Origin: Nemertoderma westbladi
Lineage: Eukaryota > Animalia > Xenacoelomorpha
Direction of reading: 5' to 3'
DNA: 64,000 nucleotides
Assembly: GCA_032718475.1 (NCBI GenBank)
Contig: JAUCBJ010005855.1
Span: 1 to 64,000 of the forward strand
Below, piece by piece: positions 58,487 to 64,000 of the stretch. The position numbers and the translations under genes are program-made. Under the pieces are notes generated by a model. That model was not told the origin of the DNA. It was given only the letters and a program-made list of their open reading frames with translations, and made no database searches. Each line of letters begins with the position of its first letter. The first letter of the stretch is position 1.

Positions 58487-61400
58487 ACTGTGTCTATTTT
58501 TATCTCGGCACCCTCTGGTATGGTATTGGTTGTCGCGTCGAATAATGGTGGCCATTTGTCTGATGGTCGTTGTAGGAAATCGGGTCCTCTAAACCAAAAG
58601 GATTTATTGTCCGGTTTACAAAAGTTGATCGGTAGCATCCCCCGTGACGCGATGTCAGCTGGGTTCAGCTTCCCTGGACAGTGACGCCAATCTTGTTTGA
58701 GCGACTGGTCCAATATTTCAGCCCGTCTGTTGGCTACGAAAGTCTTGAACTCAAATGTTTTGTTGTTTATGTACCAAAGTACCAACGTCGCATCCGTCCA
58801 ATATGTGACCTTCAAGTTAGCCTCCAGTTCGCATTGAACTAAACTGACAATATCGGTGGATATCGGTAATATATCGGTAAGGCGGATTGCATATGGGCCG
58901 TCTCATCACGCAACAATCGCTGCCTTATTGATTTGAGTCGCCTCAAAGCAAGCGGGTAGTTGTCAACGAGCTTAGGTTGTCCATTGCGCCACAACATGCC
59001 AACCTCGTAGTGGCCATTCGCGGTCTGGCGAATGGTATCTCTCATAATATTTAATGACCGTTTTTCCTGTTCTGACATAGCGGTCTCATAACTACCGGGT
59101 TCTGTTGAGTCCTGTTCTAACCATTGAATGGTTCGTTCAGTCAGCAGTCGGTCAAGCGCTGCTTGCACTGCGCCATGGTCCTCGCCCACGTCTTCGTCCG
59201 CTGTGGTGGCTAGTGTCAATGTGTCTGGTAGGCTTGCAAGCCTTCCGGTGTCATTAGTCGGCGTCGAATCGTCGTGCGGCGGTTTGACAACCTTTTGATC
59301 TGTTGGTAGGCTCGCAAGCCTTCCAAAACCCTCATTCATCGAGTCATCCACAGCAACAACCCTTTGGTCTTCGGTAGTCAATACAACCTGGTTTACTGCA
59401 AGTAGTTGTAAGTCAGATGTCCGTGTGGTCGTGTCCAGATCAGTTACGTCAGTATCAGTGGCATCTGCGTTAGCGACGCAAGTCTGTCGTAGTGCAGTCT
59501 GTAAAATTGGACCACAGGAGTGTGAAGGAGAATTATCTATCGTGTTAGTCAATAAACTATATGTACTCAAAACGTCGTCCTCCTGGTCACTTACCTCTAG
59601 TGAACGTACTGGTGCTCTAGTATACCAACCTATGGGAGTTCTACATGCGTAGGGGTTGCCCGCTGTAATAACAGATGGGCATGTCTCCCATACCTGATGT
59701 AAGTTAAACTGGTCTGTCCCAATTAACATCGCGATTGAGCGATAATTAACAGGACATTCCGGTATTCCAAGGTGTTGGAAATACTTACGATCTTCTGGTG
59801 ATTGCTCTGGCACAGGGCCGAGCAAGTTACTAAAGTCCTTTGTAGCTGCAAAGGTCAAATTTCTTACCGGAAGTAATGAGCGCTCCTCCTTGCTGTGTCC
59901 CGCTTTGGAAAGAAGAGTGTCTAAGGTTAGTTTTACTCTCGTCACAGGAATTGCTCTCTTACCATGCATGCTGCTTACAGTATACTGAGCAGTCTTACCT
60001 TGGCTCATGTCCGTAACTACGTCGGCTACTTGTTTGTCGACGTAACTATGCGATGACGCAGAGTCTAAGATAGCGTATATACGCTTGCTCCCTCGGGTTC
60101 CGGTAATCTTTATGGGAATCACGCTAAACCCTTTCAATTGGTTCTATGTGAGGAGTGTTACCGATGGTTGTTCCTCCCCCGCATGCACATAAAAGGTGTC
60201 GTCTTCCTCTTCGTCCTCGTCCGATGATCCCGATTGATCCATACAGACTGAGTAGAAGGTACGAATCTCACGTGGCGCACGCCCTTTATAAAGCGCGTTG
60301 CATCTAGCCGCTTTATCTGGATACTCTCGTCGAAAGCGTTTGGTCGGAGTATGACTGGTTGTGTGAAGTAACGCGTCGTGGTTACGTCCACATAGAGGAC
60401 ATGTATCGTCGCTCGGGCAATCCTTCCAGACGTGTCCTGGCTTCGTACATCTCCAACAAGAATCCAAAGATCGAATTTGGAGTCTCCTCTCTTCAACTCC
60501 CAACTCCCTAAATGCGCGACATCCACGAAGTTTATGTCCGCTATGGTTTCTGCCGTTCTTTTCGCAATATGGGCATCCCTCAAAGTCTGCCGGCAACTGT
60601 TGTTGTGGCTGCTTGGTGCCGATAGGCGTCAGAACTTTAGAAGTTTCAGTTGGGATGGCATAAGTCACGGCCTTAGCGTTTGTCGGAAATGGTTTGGTCC
60701 GATACGGCGCAGCAATAGCTATTCCTTCTGCCGCTATATGGTGATTAGTATAGTTGGATCGAGTCTCAATTACGGCCTCCCACGAAATCAGTTGGTAGAC
60801 GTCGGTGAGTTTCAATAGCCCGCCGGCTTCTTCATGCTGGTACTCAATGCGTCGCCATTCTCGTCGTAGTCGATGGTGAAGTCGACCGATTATTCGAATG
60901 AGAACCGTCAGTGCGTTAGCGTATTCGAGTTGTCCAATGGACCGTCAAGTCCCTATAGCGTTCTTAATTTCGTCCGCGAGTCATAGGAGATTGATTGATT
61001 TCGATATACTGCCTCCTCTGCAAAGGTCTTCAATAATGGATTTAGCCATGGCGACGTTACGGACGTAAATCGAATATAGACAGTTGTACGCCAACTCAAA
61101 GGCATCTGGAACACCAATGAATGTTTCCGCTAATCGTTTCGGCTCACCAGACAGGACTTGGAGCAAGTAATTAAACTTCTCCGTCGAGGTGAAAGCACAC
61201 TTAGCGATCTGGGACTCTACGTAGTCTACCAGTGTATGCCAGTGTTTCGCATTGCCAGAGAACTTCGGCAGTTGTTGTGCCGGTAATCTGTGTCTAGCCG
61301 CGAACTTCACAATCTCGCTAACTAAATCTAACTGTCCGCGTCCCTGTTCGGTTGCGTCGTCCAGTTGTTCCCTTCCGCGCGTTGTTTGTCGGTAGGAAAT

Positions 61401-64000
61401 ATTAACGGGATCTTCTTCTCAATGGGTCGGAGTCTGTCTAGTCTCCTGTTCTCTCCTTGGTGGTCGATGTTGTCTAGGTTGTTCCAACTCCACGCTGGTT
61501 TGTAATCGATCCGACGGTTGCGCTTCGAGTCATTCTTCGAGTTGAGCTAGTCGGTCCATTACAGGTCGCATTATTTTGTCGAGTCTGTTGGTGCTGATTG
61601 CTTCCGCTGGTTGCAACGTGGGTTTCCGCAAAGGTGTTTCTCGTGGAGGATTGTTGATGTATGGATTCGTCGATCTCTCCTCCTGTTTGTAATCCGCTGC
61701 CGCTGCCGCTCCAGTACGGAATATTTCCCGTTCCGTCGACTCCGAGTCGCTAGATGAGTCGCTATCGTCCGGATAAGGTGGTCGGCGGGTTCGAGTTTGG
61801 CGTATTACCTTTTGTCGAGTACGTTGAGGTCTGGAATCTACGGTTCTCCATCGTTCGGTAGGCTCGCAAGCCTTCCACGAAGTCGTAGGTCTCGTTAAAC
61901 ATTGTTCGATCCTGTGGGTACTAGCCACATCCGTCCTCCTCCGTTGTTCGGTAGGCTCGCAAGCCTTCCACGAAGTCGTAGGTCTCGTCGAACATTGTGT
62001 CAAAGGTCGAATAAAACAGTCGGGTTTTGTAGTTGGTCTATAAATAAGTGGGTTTGCACAGCACGTCACAGGTTTAACTGCTAACGTCTTACTTACCTGT
62101 TTAATTGTCATAAACAACAGGTTCCTCTCTTCCTACAAGTAGACTACGACTTACTGTAGGTGGACTAGTTATGTTACCTGCTAAAATTGGCGATGAAGTC
62201 GCCCTAGGTTGCGGTAATTCCGTCACAACAAACCTGTTGCCTTGCGTCGAACGCACAGGCGTTATCTCCTTAGGTTTCGTAACGAAGACCGGTTTTATCG
62301 GAGTCGTGGGTTTGAGCATAGGAATCACTTGTGGAAAACGTTTGCAGTAATCCTTGACAAACTCCTCTCCTCAATCTATCGCTCCCACACTTCCTTCCTC
62401 GATTTGTTTCTGTATCCCGCAATATCGAGTTTTCATGTGATCCAGGGCAGACAAGTCGTGTCCAGCTCGCGATCTTATAGATCTATCTCTCGCGTCGAGT
62501 TCGAGGTCCGCTTGCGCGTTCGCTGCCTTGCGCGATCTTCGATTTAGTTCGAACTGTAGTTGCATCTCCCTTTTGCGTCGATCTGCTACTTGTTGTTGTG
62601 CCGCTAACTCCGCCTCTAGTATAGCCAATCGTGCATTAATTTGTCTCACTTCCAACTTGGCACGCGCGTCAGATGCTGCTTTCTTCCGAGCTAACTCCGC
62701 TGCGTTTACTGTCGCAACTCGTGCTAATTCGTCGGCTGCAGCTTCTTGTGCCAAATCTTCCTCCAATCTTCTTAGTTCCAAAGCTTTGACTTCTGCTTGC
62801 GCTTTGAGTTGCGCAATCCTTGCCTTGTCCTCTCTTTGCTGTTTCTCGCACTCTATGGTGATCTGTGCCATCTGCCATTGCGCTTCTTCCTCGACGACTT
62901 GTTGTCGGCGTGCAACTTCCTGTTGTTGTCGAGTAATTACAGACGCTGTTCTACTAACGTTGCCAACGTCGCTCTGCATGCTAACGAACGATCTATCCAG
63001 TGGTGGATTTTGGTAGGCTTGCGAGTCTTCCGTAGTAAGAACTTCCGTCGTCCCTCGCGGTTCGACTTCCGGTTCTTCGATCGGTACGCTGTTTCTTCGA
63101 AGAAAATTGGTGAGCGTCTCTAACCTCCTGTCTAGGCAATAAAGTTCTTCTTCCTCTTCGGGTTGTAACAACGCATCCGAAACTGACTCACCTAGCAGTT
63201 GGTCGAACTGCTCCTGTTGAGCCAATCTTATTACTGACTTAAACTGGAAAAGGCTTTCCCTCGCACTTACCAACTTATCTATTATCTTTACCTGAGTAAA
63301 GTTGTCGCCACACAACTCTGCAAGTTTGTGTAAACCTTTAAGTTTATCTACGGAGGCATGTACCCTACTTTCTATCCTTACCTGTAAGGTGTAGAACTCA
63401 TATCTCGATATCGGGACGGTTAACTCGCGTAAAACGCAAAAACCTTCTCCGAGGTTTCGAGTAATCTGGGCCATGTGTCCTCCTATACTTCTAATGACAT
63501 TTTCTTGGCTTCCCGCCAAGCTTACCATGTCTGGTTCCTGTGACCTGGTCTGCGGTACTGTAAGGAAATCCTCGATTCTGCCGTCACCACACATTGCGGC
63601 TTCCGGTATTTCCGTTTGGGGTACCGGCGACGCACGCGGTGTGACATCGGTGGAATCTCGGGTTCTCCTTCTCGGTTCGTCTACTGTCGCTCTGTCCGGG
63701 TCGCACGAGTCATAGTCGGTAGGGGGGTATCGAGTCGAATGTGGTGTGTCACTCATGTCTTATTATATACGTCAAGTACGGGTAATAAAATGTCAAAGTA
63801 TCGGAATGTCGAAATGTCAAACTTACCTTGGTATATATATAGCATATATATACCCTAACCGGTACAAATAAATCAAAGTCAGAATGTCGAAATGTCAAAA
63901 TGTCCAAATGTCCAAATGTCAAACTTACCTTGATATATATATATATCATATATATACCCTAACCGGTACAAATAAAACTAACAAAGTATATAATAAAATA

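Larger units (their letters stand above)
54708..64000 (-). mobile_element. Internally deleted, decayed family A copy (gag, PR, RH fragment, partial ORF3); lacks RT core, integrase and the exonuclease domain
   Basis: Gag 63756-60144, PR 60137-58890; junctions at ~58870, ~56910 and ~56464 skip large blocks of the full-length copy. Confidence 0.93.

Overview
Eukaryotic (animal, probably invertebrate) repeat-dense window. It contains one intact host gene: a 5-exon, secreted two-domain F-type lectin (minus strand, 11456-15253). The rest is a nest of retroelements. (1) A full-length 18.4-kb BEL/Pao LTR element, 'family A' (15853-34235), with near-identical LTRs. (2) A divergent, decayed BEL/Pao element, 'family B' (minus strand, ~35600-48650), interrupted by an RTE-like LINE and a MITE. 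(3) An internally deleted, tandem minus-strand copy of family A (51425-64000) carrying a nested solo LTR. (4) A gag-like remnant at the left edge. (5) A Penelope-like remnant with a GIY-YIG domain and a hammerhead-like motif. (6) LINE fragments and minisatellites. Main finding: families A and B both carry, in the env position after pol, a large ORF3 (~1250 aa reconstructed in family A) with a DEDDy/WRN-Mut7-like 3'-5' exonuclease domain, three CCHC zinc knuckles and a basic tail. Family A also has a splice donor/branch/acceptor set that could express ORF3 like env. It carries 12 same-orientation copies of a 20-nt palindromic hairpin (GGAAGGCTYGCGAGCCTACC) across all reading frames and non-coding DNA, and a tRNA-like Pol III cassette in its LTR. 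All domain calls are by-eye motif recognition; no database searches were run.
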